64,000 bases of DNA from Vicugna vicugna (taxonomy: Eukaryota), in the NCBI GenBank assembly GCA_013265495.1, contig MU058584.1, positions 2,203,599 through 2,267,598 of the forward strand, written 5' to 3'. The notes below the pieces were generated by a model that saw only the letters and a program-made list of their open reading frames with translations, was not told the DNA's origin and made no database searches. This document shows positions 24,760-36,963 of the stretch, piece by piece. The position numbers were made by a program, and so were the translations under genes. Position 1 is the first letter of the stretch; each line of letters begins with the position of its first letter.

Positions 24760-25045
24760 CTTCCTGCCAATCGGGCAGCTCTCTGTCTGCTGTCTGCAGG
24801 CCGCCGCTACCCACTCGTTACAATTAAAATGAAGTGTCCGTCAGCGGCTATCTTCTCTGTGTGGCCCATATGTTTCTGAGCTGATACTGTCCGGATTATT
24901 CTGTTCGGGGAAACGATAACGGCTGTTTATAACCTTGGCAAAGACTGAGGCCTAATCAGGCTGGAGCACATTTTCACCGACTGGCTGATAACAGGCTGTT
25001 AGCAGCCTTATCGCTGGGGAGAGATAGGCCAAAATAAGCAGATCT
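24760..25045. promoter_or_regulatory. Candidate enhancer with clustered GATA motifs
   Basis: Repeat-free block retaining CpGs, with six GATA cores in about 180 bp (CTATCT, TGATAC, CGATAA, TGATAA, TTATCG, AGATAG). Confidence 0.4.
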
Positions 25046-28000
25046 GTGAGCACAGGAGCCCAATCGAGTGGTACACACTCTGGCCCCGGCTTTATTTTTA
25101 GATTCCCTTTTCCCGGCTGGTATCAGAAGGCGCAGAGGAAGGAGGTGGGGGGGAGGGTGCCCCCGTGGGGGTCAGAGGGAGGCAGAGGGGGATGTTAATC
25201 AACGTGAGAGGCGGAGGGTCAGCCCGGCTCCCCGTGCACTGAGCTCCCCTCAAATGAGGGAAAACACGTGCAGGTCCTAGGAGACAAAGGAAGGGATGGG
25301 GCTGAGTTTCTGGCCTGGTGTGTGGGCCCGGATGCCTGTTGAGCTCAGCCTCTCCCGGCTGTTGGAGTCTCTGTCTGGACCGGCGGGCCTGGGTGCTGGG
25401 TGCTTTCTGCGCGTCTCCTGCTGGGGGGCCTGACCCTGGCTTTCAGACTTAATCTACATTGTGGGGGTCTTCCTGGCATCCTTCTAGAGTGACTTTCTCC
25501 ACTCAGGGCATCATCTTCCTGCAAGCCTGGGGACCAGACAGGGGGTTTGGGGACGAGAAAAGGAACACGAACATGTCCATGGGTGCTGACATTCTGACAC
25601 TGACTGAGGCTCAAAAAGATGATGTTTCAACGGAGGCCCCACAAAGTCATGGATTAACAACTGATACTCAGCCCCCAGCGAGGAGCTATTAATTTTCTAA
25701 AAGGTCCAAATTTCTGCCTCTTGGTAAAGCCTTCAAGGAAGGGCCCTTTGACAGAAAAAAGCCACACGGACAGCGAGCTTTTGCTTCAAGACCTCGTTCT
25801 CCAACGTGGCAAGTTACCTCTGGGCCTTGACGTGTGTGGTTCTAGAACAGAATTTGAGATGAATGGTGTGTGTATGTGGTCAAGCACATGATGAAAATAA
25901 AAAGGAGGAGGGAAGATGCAATCGTGATAGGTGGCCAATGTCATGAAAAGAAGGGAAGTTTGAAGGTACTGTCTGCATTAGGCTGTGGAAGTCTTGTATT
26001 TTCTGTTCATTCTGGATAAACCTTATCCTAAAATGTGTTAGGCGTTATGCTTGCTGCTCCTGTCTCTCTCCATCTCTCTTCTCCTCTTTCTTCGTGTCCT
26101 CTCCCTGCTTTCCCAGCAGCTGCCTGATTCCTGGCTCACTTCTGTCTGCCTAAGACTGAAAGAGTAGAATCAGGTGGTGGGAAAAGAGGGAAAAGGGGAC
26201 CCACGCATGGGGGAGGGGAGGCATTTGCAGGGGGCACAGATTGAAGTGGGCACAGAAGGCAGCAGAAAGCATTATTACCATGATCATGCTAATCTATTTA
26301 CAAGGCCCCCTTTATTCATTCATCTTTGAATAGCAGAACCGTGCATACAGCCCGAAATAGGAACCACCTGTGCCTCTGGGACCAAACAAATAAGAGTGTT
26401 AAGGACAAATGATACGTGGAAGCAGGAAGGGAAAAATTAAATATAAATTAAAGGCTTCCAGTCCAATTGTTCTGTCATTTAGCTCTTCACACGTACGATT
26501 TTACAGCTCAACGTGCTGCAAAGTGGCCAGCTGATTGGCAGTTTAGGAGACCCTCCCCCCCACCAAGTTCAGAGAAAAACCTGACAATGTAATGAAATTA
26601 CTAGACAGTCAAAATTCAAACAGAGGTTTTTCTACGCTGGTTTTTATTCTTCTTTTTGGGAGTTAGTATCCATCCATGGAATAGAAATGATTTGGGTTAA
26701 CGCTTTAGATTCACTGGTTGACTCAATTAAAGCAATCTTTTACATTATCTTCACCAAATTCACAGTACTATAATACAGAAAGCGATCGCTGGAAAGGACC
26801 TTCCACATGATCTGGTTCAGTCCTCTCACTGTCTGTTAAGCCTTTAATTAAGAATTCTTTACACGGAGTCCAAACCTCCATTTGTCACATCACACATAGA
26901 CTGGTTATGTTGTCTTCGGAGTAGTTACTCTTTTGGGAGCAGCACAGCTCTTACACTTACTACCCTGTGGTATAACGATTAGCAGGCGCCCAAGGGAGAC
27001 GGAGGGGAGGGCTCTAGCTTTCTTTGCCATTGTTACTAAGAAGGCAGAGATACCAGTTAGAAAGTCCGCAGAAGAAGACATAGCCCACTAGACCTGCACA
27101 TCTCCTAAGAAGAAAAACAGCAGTGCCAGTGGAACGGAATGGTTTCCATATTGCTTTAGGTAGGACTTGAAGTTAACTAAACAACAATTCTCATTAAGAT
27201 GTGTCCTTTGGTCAAGAGATTTGAGTTCTTTAGTTCTAACCGCCTATTGGTCACAAGTGGTAGAATTCTAGAATCTCGGAGCTGAAGGGACCCCCTTGAA
27301 AGACCCACCTCCTCATTTTTCAGAGAAGGAAATTGAAGCCCCAGAGAAAGGACTGGACCAGGACTAGAACGAGGGCAGCCTACCCCTTAGCTCCGTGTTT
27401 CTCATCTTTTATCACGACATCATGATTTAGTTATAGGATGAAGCACTTAAAATAAATCCCTTAACAGTCCATGCCACTGTGTACTCATCTGTAAAATGAG
27501 GATTGTGATTTCCCAATTGATTTTTAAGTTCCCCCAGAGCTGGGACCGTGCCGTCCATCTCAGCGTTTCCCCAGGCACCGAGCTCTTACGGTGCTTCGCA
27601 CATGGAGCCGCTCAATAAATGTTGACTGTTGAACAGCTGAATGAATGAAAGAGTGGAAACGACTTTTAATTGAATTTCTCAAGTGATGACTCTTTCATTA
27701 AATGATTTTTTTCTTAGTTGTGTGCCCATTCTTAGCCATTCATTTCTTAAATCTCTTTCAGGAGAAGCAGTGAAAAATGATGACGATGATGTAGCTCTGA
27801 TGGAAGGCTTCCCAGTGCTGCAGAAGCTAGATTACAATTGCAGAGTTGTCGTTGTTGTCTGTTTGCTTTGCAGTGAATTGTTCATGAAGCCTTAGGAAGA
27901 CTTAGTGACTTGAGGCTCGTTTGACTTTGAGGTTCTCGGTAGTAGGGGGCAGTGCATTTTTAGTTGTCCAAGACCCCTCTCCAGTGTCTTGCTGTGGGAC

Positions 28001-30179
28001 CCTTTGATTCCTCCTGAAGGTAGAAGGGGAACTTAGGGATGAGGACTTCATCTAACTGGTTTCCTGCTACATCCTAGCGCCTGAATAACACCCGGATCAC
28101 GGTAGGAACTCGATTCATGGATGAGTTCAACGTCGACAAGTCTACTTTTGCTTTCCCGACCCGTGCCTTCAAAGTGGGAACCTGGGCCGGGTGACTCTTG
28201 TTAATTTTCTTTCCAGGCCAGTGAATTATCTGAGTCTGTTCCTCTGACCCAGAAATCCCGCCCAGGGTAAGCTCTTCCCCTTGAAGCATAAATTCCGTCA
28301 GTCCGTTGGAGATCTGTCTTTGGACCTGGAACTCACACCACCGGGGCCCCTTTGTATTCCAAGCCTCTCCTCACTGCCAGCCGGCTGTTGCCCCGGCTGG
28401 TTGCCCCCTTAGGCTTCGGAAAGCACCCATTCAGAGAGGTCAAAAATCCAAGCCGGAGATCATTTTAGGGGAGGGGGGTGGTTATAAAAAAATGGCAGTT
28501 TTACTGGCTCTCGCTTGCTTGTCAGAGGCACGTGACTGGCATATTTGGGTCATTAAGTATGAAGATGTTCTGCTTATGAATCATGCCAGCAGGATGTTTT
28601 CAGATCATGTGAAAACGGTGTGTGTGTGTGTGGTGACTGCCAAGTAGTGTCTTTATGTGTCTGACTCTGAACACACCACCCGCCGATCTACACGTAGGGC
28701 AGTGGGGTCCAGTGCAAAGACAGCGTCATTCATTACGGGCCCTCAGAGCCTTTCATAAACATTCCATCACTTAAAGCTCCCATGAGTTAAATAAATAATA
28801 AGATCCTTAGGTCCTCGAGCAGAATAGGAAGCCTAAATATTGAAAAATTAGACGATTTAGCCCAAGGCGGAATGTTCGGAGAAAGCAGGATCTGATGAAC
28901 CAAACCTTAGCGCCGGCGGCAAGAATTTTACCTGTAAACATGTGCATAGCGGCAGATTGCGGGGCAGCTTTGAGAAGGAGGCTTTCGGTCACTTTACGGG
29001 CTTTTACTCAACACCTGTATGTTCTTGGTCCTGAGTGAGAAACTATTTTAAGGAAAAAAAGGGGGGGTCAAAACATACACAGTTCCTTTCTCACAAGACC
29101 TAAAAAGCATTCTTTTCAATCTGTTGCGCTCACTCAGGGTGTGACAGTTCGATATGGAACATAATTAAAATATTGAATACTGTCATACAAACAATATTAA
29201 GTCTTGGAAGCAGAGAGCAGTTAAGCTTCAGAGTGGTGGCGGCGGGGAACTGATGGTCCCGGGGAGGGGCTGGGGCAATGAGTTGAGAAATGGGTAGGTT
29301 CGGAGTCAGCAGGACGTAGAAAGGTGGACATTACATTTGAGAGGAACCACGCAAAGGCTCGAGAGATCAGAAAGAGGGTGAGGTTTTCATAGCAGTTCTC
29401 ACTGTATCTCAGTTTTCCTGCTGGGAAGAATGAAGGGAATAACATTGGCGAGTAATGTGCCATCATGGGAGGGGCAGCGGAGGGTGGCTGATACGTTGAC
29501 AGCTACCACGGCGAGATGCTCTCTGTTCGACCTGCGTTGGTGTGGCGCTGGGTACCTGGGTCTCAGGAGACCCTGTTTCAGGACATGACATTGGAGGCGT
29601 TTCTTTGGAGACAGCTATCCACTTGGTGAGTGGTGTGATCAGACTTGGGGAAGAGGAGGGCCCTTCTTGGCCACAGGATGAATACAGACTAGAGAATGTA
29701 ACCACATTGGGAAGGGATCCTGGGAGATCCCGATGGCCCCTCCCTTCCAAGACTGAGCTCTGTCTGGGATTGTTAGGCAGGTGTTCAAATAAATAATGCA
29801 GCTAAAAATACTTACAGCAGCAGCTGGGAGGGTCTTTGAGTAGCTTTGGGATGGCGGGAGTACAGCATCCCAGCTACCTGGACAGGTGTGTGTTGGCTCT
29901 AGGAACTTAGAACAGACGCATCCCCTACATGGACCAGGGCCTCGTTTCCGTCGGAGAAACAAAACAAAGTTTTACTTCGTGCGGCTCTGCCTGGAAGCAG
30001 GTGTGCCTTGGCTGAACTCATCAGAGATCGAGAACAAACAAATTAAGAGGCTTCCACTAGGGGAAGACTGTGGCTTCGCAGCAGTAAGTGGAGTTAATGT
30101 CACCTGCTCCCTGTCCACTTCCTGTCCATCACTAACAAATGGTACCTAGCATTGTCGCAAGGAGAATAATCTCTATTAA

Positions 30180-30420
30180 TAATCATCATGATGATAACTG
30201 TTACTATATTAGTCTTTTATTAATCACTTCACTACGTGTCAGACATCACATTTGTTGTTTTATTTGATCCTCAAAAGAAGAATCAAGATAGATAATATTC
30301 CCATTTGTATAGATTCAGAAACTGAGCTTCAACATAGTGATGAACTTTGCCCAAGGGCACACACACACTTAAATCATGGGATCAGGAGTTAGACCTAAGA
30401 CTGATTCTGGAGCTGTGGAC
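30180..30420 (-). mobile_element. MIR SINE
   Basis: ATTTGATCCTCAAAAG...ATTCCCATTTGTATAGATTCAGAAACTGAGC...TTGCCCAAGGGCACAC matches reverse-complement MIR. Confidence 0.75.
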
Positions 30421-31841
30421 ACTTTTTGAAAATGTTAATTGTATTTCCATATGAACTTGCCGGTAACAGCATGCTCTACCTTTTTTTTTTTTAAACTCTA
30501 AACTTGTACCTATAGATGAATATATAATGGTATCACGTGGCACTGACATTGTAGCATGTTCAGGGTTATTTTGGAGAATTCAGATGGTTTTTTTTTTTTG
30601 CAAAAGGATCTATCACCCCCTCAACATGTCTAGGATGAAAATCAGCAGCGGCCAGTTGGGAACACTTGGGAGCTCTGACTCATGGCTCTGAGCGGTCAAG
30701 ATGTGGTGACCTGGATCATAGTGGACGCTGCTCCTATGGGACTGACTCTGGTACATGAAGGTCTGAGCTGAGTATTTGCCAACCAGGACTGTATAAAATT
30801 TGTGTGACGAATAGAGTCTTTAAAATGATTCTGCGAGTTCACTGTGCTAATTATCACTTGATGAGTATTCGTGTGACATCGACTTAGGAAGACATGGACG
30901 GCAAAGCCCTGAATTGCACACAGGCTTTGGGGATGAGCTTGGCCGCCTCTGCTGCTTGGGGAAGTCAAAGCTGGGGACAGAGGTTGCTGGGCTGAAGGTC
31001 GCCAGAGACTCAGTAATTCTTTTGACCATCCGGACCTGATATAAAGTTGGTGAAGATATTCTCAGACTCTTGATTTTTGTGGCAGGGACTGGTTATGAAA
31101 GAGAAGTCTGTTTCAGAATTTCAGATTTTAAAATGGGAAAAATTGTGACTTGCAAGGAAGGCCTCGTTTCTTTAGGTCTTTTGGAATGGAACGGTAGTCC
31201 TGTTTTTCCAGTCTTGATGGTAAATCTGCCTCCCTGGAGCTGAATCACACTCAGGTTTACTGAACGAGGAGGGGCTGGTCCCCAGGAGCTGTGGCCAAAG
31301 GACGACTGTTGGTTGATAACGAAAGTGTTTCAGAGTTCTGCTCAGCCTGGCTGCCGGCCAGTGACCCCGTCAGATCGGATCAGCTGAACCAGCTGGGGGT
31401 GGGGGGCTACCAAGAGCTGCAAAGGAGAGCTCCCCAGGCATGCGGGTCTGAGCGAGGGAACACGTGGTCAGGGTGGGGTCCTGGGTGCAGGCGACTCCGT
31501 GATGAGCTGCTTTTCTGTCCACTCTTGGTCAGGTTTACATCTGAGAGGGTGGGGAGTGGGGTTAGGAGAAATTCTTCTGTCTGTATTTCATCCTGGGAGA
31601 GAGGAAGTTAGGAGGCAAACGGTCTGGTGTCTGGGGAGAGATGGAGAGCATGAGCCCTGATTCTGAGTGTGATGCAATTTCCGGACAAATCCTCAGGCAG
31701 AACCTGGCCCTCGGGAAGTGGGAGCCGTTTTCCTGTGGCCTGAGTATTTGAAAGCGCTAGGCTGTTAATTCAAATTGTAAATATTGTATTTACTAGAAAC
31801 CAGGGCGTAAGCTGTATGGCATGTTAGAATGAGCTGGACAC

Positions 31842-32180
31842 CTTTTTATTTGTTTGTTTGTTCATTGTTGATGTAGAGTCGGTTTACAATGTTGTGTTAC
31901 TTTCTGGTGTACAGCATAGTGATTTAGTTACACATAATATAGACATTCCTTTTCATATTCTTTTTCATTATAGGCCATTACAAGGTAGTGATTACAGTTC
32001 CCTGTGCTGTACAGTAGGACCTTGCTGTTTATCTATTTTATAGTAGTTAGCATTTGCAAATCCCGAACTCCCACTTTATCCCTTCCCACCCCTTTTCCCC
32101 CGGTAACCTTAAGTTTGTTTTCTATGTCTGTGAGTCTGTTCCTGTTTTGTAAATCAGTTCCTTTGTCTCATTTTTTTTTT
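31842..32180 (-). mobile_element. LINE-1 3' UTR fragment, antisense
   Basis: T-rich tail, then TTTACAATGTTGTGTTAC...CAGTTCCCTGTGCTGTACAGTAGGACCTTG, the reverse complement of the L1 3' UTR seen elsewhere in the window. Confidence 0.92.
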
Positions 32181-32296
32181 AAAATGGCACATGTCCTGGA
32201 TCATCTCTGGACGTGGGGAGGCCCAGACATGTGTATTTTCAAAAAGCTGCCCTGGTGACTCTGTGTCACGCCCCCCTGAACTGAAACCCAATGCTT
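32181..32296. mobile_element. MER5-like MITE remnant, probably split by the adjacent L1 (other part at about 31800-31841)
   Basis: GGCCCAGACATGTGTATTTTCAAAAAGCTGCCCTGGTGACTCTG resembles the MER5A arm. Confidence 0.5.
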
Positions 32297-33652
32297 TAGA
32301 GTAATTTTATAGAAACATTGTTTTTGTCCTGTCCCTAGCTCAGTTCTTCACTTCACTTCTTGTCATTGAATTTGGAAGTGTTTTGGCTCTTGCAAGTACA
32401 TGGGGTGTGCGTGTGTCCAAACGTGCGTGTGTGTGGTGTGTGGTGTGTGTGTACATGTGTATGTGTGCATTCCTGTGTTTTCCGAAGCCCACAGCCTGCT
32501 GCTGGCCCCGTGACATGTGATCAGAGCGATGTGGACGTGGCCGGCCTGGGCGTCGTGACCCTCCCCATTTCACCCCGCCTGCGAACAGAATTAACATCCT
32601 CTAGGTAAAGCTCTGAATCCCACGATGACCTTTTCGTGAAGCATTAGAATCAAGTTGAACATTTCCAGTTTTACCACCAATGCTTGCCCCATGGGAAAAC
32701 ACTTCCCTACATTTTATGACAATTGATTCTGATTTTGAGGAACTAATTTGTATTGAATGCGAAAACGTCCAGTCCCACATGGAAACTGGAAAGTCCCCGT
32801 GTCCAGACAGGTCCGAAGCCGTGTTTTTATTGGAAAGACAGGGGAAACAATGAAGGATTGTGTTTTCTGTTTCAGAAAATCCTTCCTTCATTGTTCTGCA
32901 TATTTTCACATTATTTTATTTTATTTTTTTTACAGTCCTGTGGGTCTAATGACCACAGGCAATTGTTAGAGGTATCTGGGCTCATGGGAAACTTCGCTCT
33001 GTCTGGATTCTGAGCTCCTAGCTGGCGGAGCAGAGCCTGCTGGATCTTTCACTGTGTGAATTTCCCCGTTGTGCCAAGGATGCTAATGTGAGCATGCTGA
33101 CCCCTAAGAGAGACTCTTGGGTAGGTGACTGAAATTAGGACTCTGCAGTGAAGGTCAGCATGTCTCTCCCCACATGGTAGTTCTGTCCACCAAGGAAGGA
33201 AAGCTTCTAAGACTCTATGACATAGCCAAGAGCCCTGGTGCCTTCAAACTTCATTTGGAGGAAGAGTCACAGAAACCAAAGCTGCTACCTATCAGGCTAA
33301 CGTCTGCCGACATAAACAGGAGCCCCTCAAGGATGCCTTCTGCCCGTCCACAAACTGGGGGCTCACCAAGAGAAATATTATCATTGGTGCTTGAGTATCC
33401 CAGCCCCCTAGGTCCAGCTAATGTCTTCTTGAGTAGGAACAGCAAGTGGTGTTTGGGGAAGGAGGTAGTGAGATGGCTACAAAGGTAACGGAGATGCCCA
33501 GTGGAACATTGCTTGTTCGGTCTTGTGGTCTCTGGTCCAGGGGAGGTGCTTCCTCTGTCCTGGAGCTGTGATGGGCTTACGGCATCTATGGTTTCCTTCC
33601 TGAGGTCTCTTCACAGTGGTTGTACCTTCACTGCAACAAAATACAGATTTCA

Positions 33653-33990
33653 AGACTTGCAGACATAGTAAACAATCTTATGGTTACTGGGGAAAGAGGG
33701 TGGGAAGGGATAAATTTGGGAGTTTGAGATTTACAAGTGTTAGCTACTATATATAAAAATAGATTTAAAAAAAACAAGTTTCTTCTGTAGAGCACAGGGA
33801 ACTATATTCAATATCTTATAATAACCTGTAATGAAAAAGAACATGAAAATGAATCTGTGTATGTATATGTATGACTGGGACCTTGTGCTGTTCACCAGAA
33901 ATTGATACATTGTAACTGACTATACTTCAGTGAAAAATAAATAAATTATTAAATAAATTTAAAGATTCAAACAAAAAGAAACAAACAAAA
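33653..33990 (+). mobile_element. 5'-truncated LINE-1 3' end
   Basis: L1 3' UTR with patterned A-tail; perfect 18-bp TSD AACAAAATACAGATTTCA at 33635-33652 and 33991-34008. Confidence 0.95.
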
Positions 33991-34493
33991 AACAAAATAC
34001 AGATTTCAGGAGAACCCTCCTGGGTAGGGGAATGGGAGTGAGGGCTCTTTCTCTAAAAGAATGTCAGAATGTCTTTGATAGGAATCCTCTATTGACTTGA
34101 ATCCGGGAGAAGATGGGCAGGTGTGAGTGTCTGGAAGGGTCTCATCCCGAGGGTCGTGCAGACTATTCCCATTTCTGGAACTTGCCTCTTGGCATTGTAA
34201 TACATTGTAACTGACTATACTTCAGTGAAAAATAAATAAATTATTAAATAAATTTAAAGATTCAAACAAAAAGAAACAAACAAAAAACAAAATACAGATT
34301 TCAGGAGAACCCTCCTGGGTAGGGGAATGGGAGTGAGGGCTCTTTCTCTAAAAGAATGTCAGATTGTCTTTGATAGGAATCCTCTATTGACATGAATCTG
34401 GGAGAAGATGGGCAGGTGTGGGTGTCTGGAAGGGTCTCATCCCGAGAGTCGTGCAGACTATTCCCATTTCTGGAACTTGCCTCTTGGCATTGT
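33905..34493. repeat. Head-to-tail tandem duplication, 295-bp period, two copies
   Basis: 33905-34198 aligns to 34200-34493 with 5 substitutions and no indels by eye. Confidence 0.97.
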
Positions 34494-35094
34494 CACGCAG
34501 GGGGCTTTTTTCTGCTGCGCTTTGTGGTGGAAAGGTCGGCTGTGCACCCGGGAACGCAGGACTTACTGTTTCTCCCCCGCAGGCACTTGAAAGGCATTTG
34601 ACTGGGTTGCATATGAATTTGGGAGCTAGAGGGTCTTAAGGCTTCTGATGCTCAGCGGAGCCAGAATTCTCTTTCGGACACTGCTCCAAATCGCAGTGAC
34701 TCCAGCTGAAAAATTGGATGGCAGGTTTTTGTTCTTCTCCTCCCCTTTATGGGATTGGGCGAGAATGGAGGTCGGAGCATAATGACTTAAAAGCAGAAAC
34801 AGTGGACTTCTTTGAAGCGCTGTTAGGCTAGTGTAGAGTACCTTCCAAAACGTTTGTCTAGATTCTCTCACTTCCCCGTTCGCTGTTATTAACATGAAAG
34901 GTCGAGTTACTAATAATGGGACTCATGTTCCCCAGGTATGAATACTGAACATTTCCGTCAGCGGCTCGTCCATAGCTCCCCTGTGGTTCCCCCTTCTGCT
35001 CCTGGTGCTGGCTTGTCCCAGGGACATGGGGAATCCCACCCAGGACTAGTGGGAGATACATACGTTTTTACGTATGTTTCATTCCCTTCCAGTG

Positions 35095-35270
35095 TTCATT
35101 TGTTCATCATTCAACAAATGATGTTCATTCCTTTGAGAGAACTTTTTTTTGGAGCATCTTTTTTGGGTCAGGCTGTATTCTAAGCACTTAGGGACACAAC
35201 ACGAACACAACAGGCAGAATCTTTGTCCTCACGGAGCTTCCACTTTAATGAAGAAAGTAGACAACACATA
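35095..35270 (-). mobile_element. L2 3' end fragment
   Basis: TTCATTTGTTCATCATTCAACAAAT...GTCCTCACGGAGCTT matches the reverse-complement L2 tail. Confidence 0.6.
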
Positions 35271-35320
35271 TGCCGTTCCACGGTATGAGGTGATGCGCTA
35301 GCCTGTCAAATATTATTCTC

Positions 35321-35456
35321 TTTTATTTATTTACTTTTTTAGGGGGGAGGTAATTAGGTGTTTATTCATTTATTTTTAATGGAAGTATACTGGGGATTGA
35401 ACCCAGAACCTTGTGCGTGCTAGGCACATGCTCTGCCACTGAGCTATATCCTCCCC
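35321..35456 (-). mobile_element. tRNA-Ala-derived camelid SINE (Vic-1-like)
   Basis: GGGGGGAGGTAATTAGG...CTGGGGATTGAACCCAGAACCTTGTGCGTGCTAGGCACATGCTCTGCCACTGAGCTATATCCTCCCC, same family as 21504-21654. Confidence 0.88.
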
Positions 35457-36485
35457 TCTCCTTTAAACCCAGTTTTGCGTCTTAGCCCCGGACTGACTCT
35501 CAGCTCTGGGCTCCCTGGCGAGTGGCCGGTACCCGCCATGGCCATGCCTGGCTGTCACTGATTATAGATACCCTCAGGGCCGCCATTCACGCTCTGTAAC
35601 CTTTTTCCGTTACAGAATCTTCTTGCTGCTCACCGAAGCCTTAATCTCTTATGCCGCGATCAATGGGTATGCGCCTTTCCCACTTGGATGCTCATTTTTT
35701 AATCCTCACTGCCTCCCTCCATGTCACCCTGTTCCATTTTTCTTTATAGACTTTCAGGTCTACTGTACCTGCTGATTACTTAGTGGCGAGTGCTGGACAT
35801 CTCCCTTAATTAATTCCATCGATTTCAAGTCCCACGAGATTCGAGGTCCTTAGATTTCTGAAGCAGCTAAATGGAATGTCTAAATTCCAACCTTTCCCTT
35901 CTACAAATTGTTTTGCCACAAAGTTGCTGGGAGGAAGTGCTGTGGCTTTATTTCTTTGAGGGAGTATATTAATCCACAGAGATCTCCGCGTTCTTAACTG
36001 GGCTTTTTGTGTACAAGCGAGAAGGACAAAGGTGCTTGGGTGGTGGCCACTTCCTTCTCTTTCTCCCCTTCTTTCCCCCATCCCCCATCAGGAGACACTT
36101 TCTCACTCTCCTTCCTTTTGGTTACCCTCCTTTGTCATTTACATCCCTAGTCCTGGCTGAGCTGGGACCTTGTTTCAGCAGCTGGTGGCTTCTTAATTCT
36201 TTGAAGGAAGGTGTCACCAGCAACCTATGACTTTTCAAGGAGTAACCGCCCGGAGTGTTTTCCAGAAGGGTGAAGCTAAAAACCTGTGACCGTGATCTTA
36301 ATGAGTTACACACATCTGATTTTCTAATACCCCCTGCCGATAGCAAGCGGGGAATTTCTGGGGAAGAGTTACCAGATCTGGATCTAGCATCACAAGGTTT
36401 ATAAGAGTGGCAGACCTTCCACTTAGAGGTGCAGAAATCGTCGATGAGAGGAACGTCAGAGATTAGGGACTCAGTTCCCTCATTT

Positions 36486-36963
36486 TGTAACCGAGCCAGG
36501 ACCCTGTGGGACCTTCCAGGGTCAGACCCTTCCCCGTGTCCTCTGCTGCATCTCCTCTCTGAAGTGCCCAGATAATAGTATCTCGTGTATATTTCCTGAG
36601 TTTTTCAGATGCTTATAACCACCACCAAAGGGAAGAAATTAACTACTTTATGATCGAGAACACGTGGCCCCCAGACCTTCTGGCGCCTAGAGGTTGATAG
36701 TGGTGACCACTCTGTTACCTCAACATCAACTAATCAGAGGATTGTGCGGGAGCTGATCATGTACCCCGAGACCCCTCTCCCTTACCCGGCCTTTAAATAT
36801 GCTTTGCTGAAATCGTTCGTGGACTTTGGGGTTTTCCTGGGCATGAACTGCCCCATCCTCCTTGCTCGGCCCCCGGGATAAAACTTTCTCTGCTCCACAC
36901 TCTGACATTTTAGTTTGTTTGGCCTCATGGTGTGGTGGGCACATGAACTTGCCTTCGGTAACA
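36486..36963 (+). mobile_element. Solo LTR, ERV1-type (478 bp)
   Basis: Termini TGTAACCGA...TCGGTAACA (TG..CA, 9-bp imperfect inverted repeat). 4-bp TSD ATTT at 36482-36485 and 36964-36967. TATA-like TTTAAATA at about 36792, then a degenerate polyA signal (GATAAA). Confidence 0.85.

Noticed and set aside
25758..25778. REST/NRSF site (CACGGACAGCG)
   Set aside because: Only the right half matches; the TTCAGCACC left half is absent.
27762..27850. Possible coding exon (EAVKNDDDDVALMEGFPVLQKLDYNCR) after a good acceptor
   Set aside because: No convincing donor site downstream and the peptide is not recognisable.
33905..34493. CRISPR-like array or paired LTRs
   Set aside because: Only two adjacent copies, with no spacers and no TG..CA termini; a simple tandem duplication in eukaryotic DNA.
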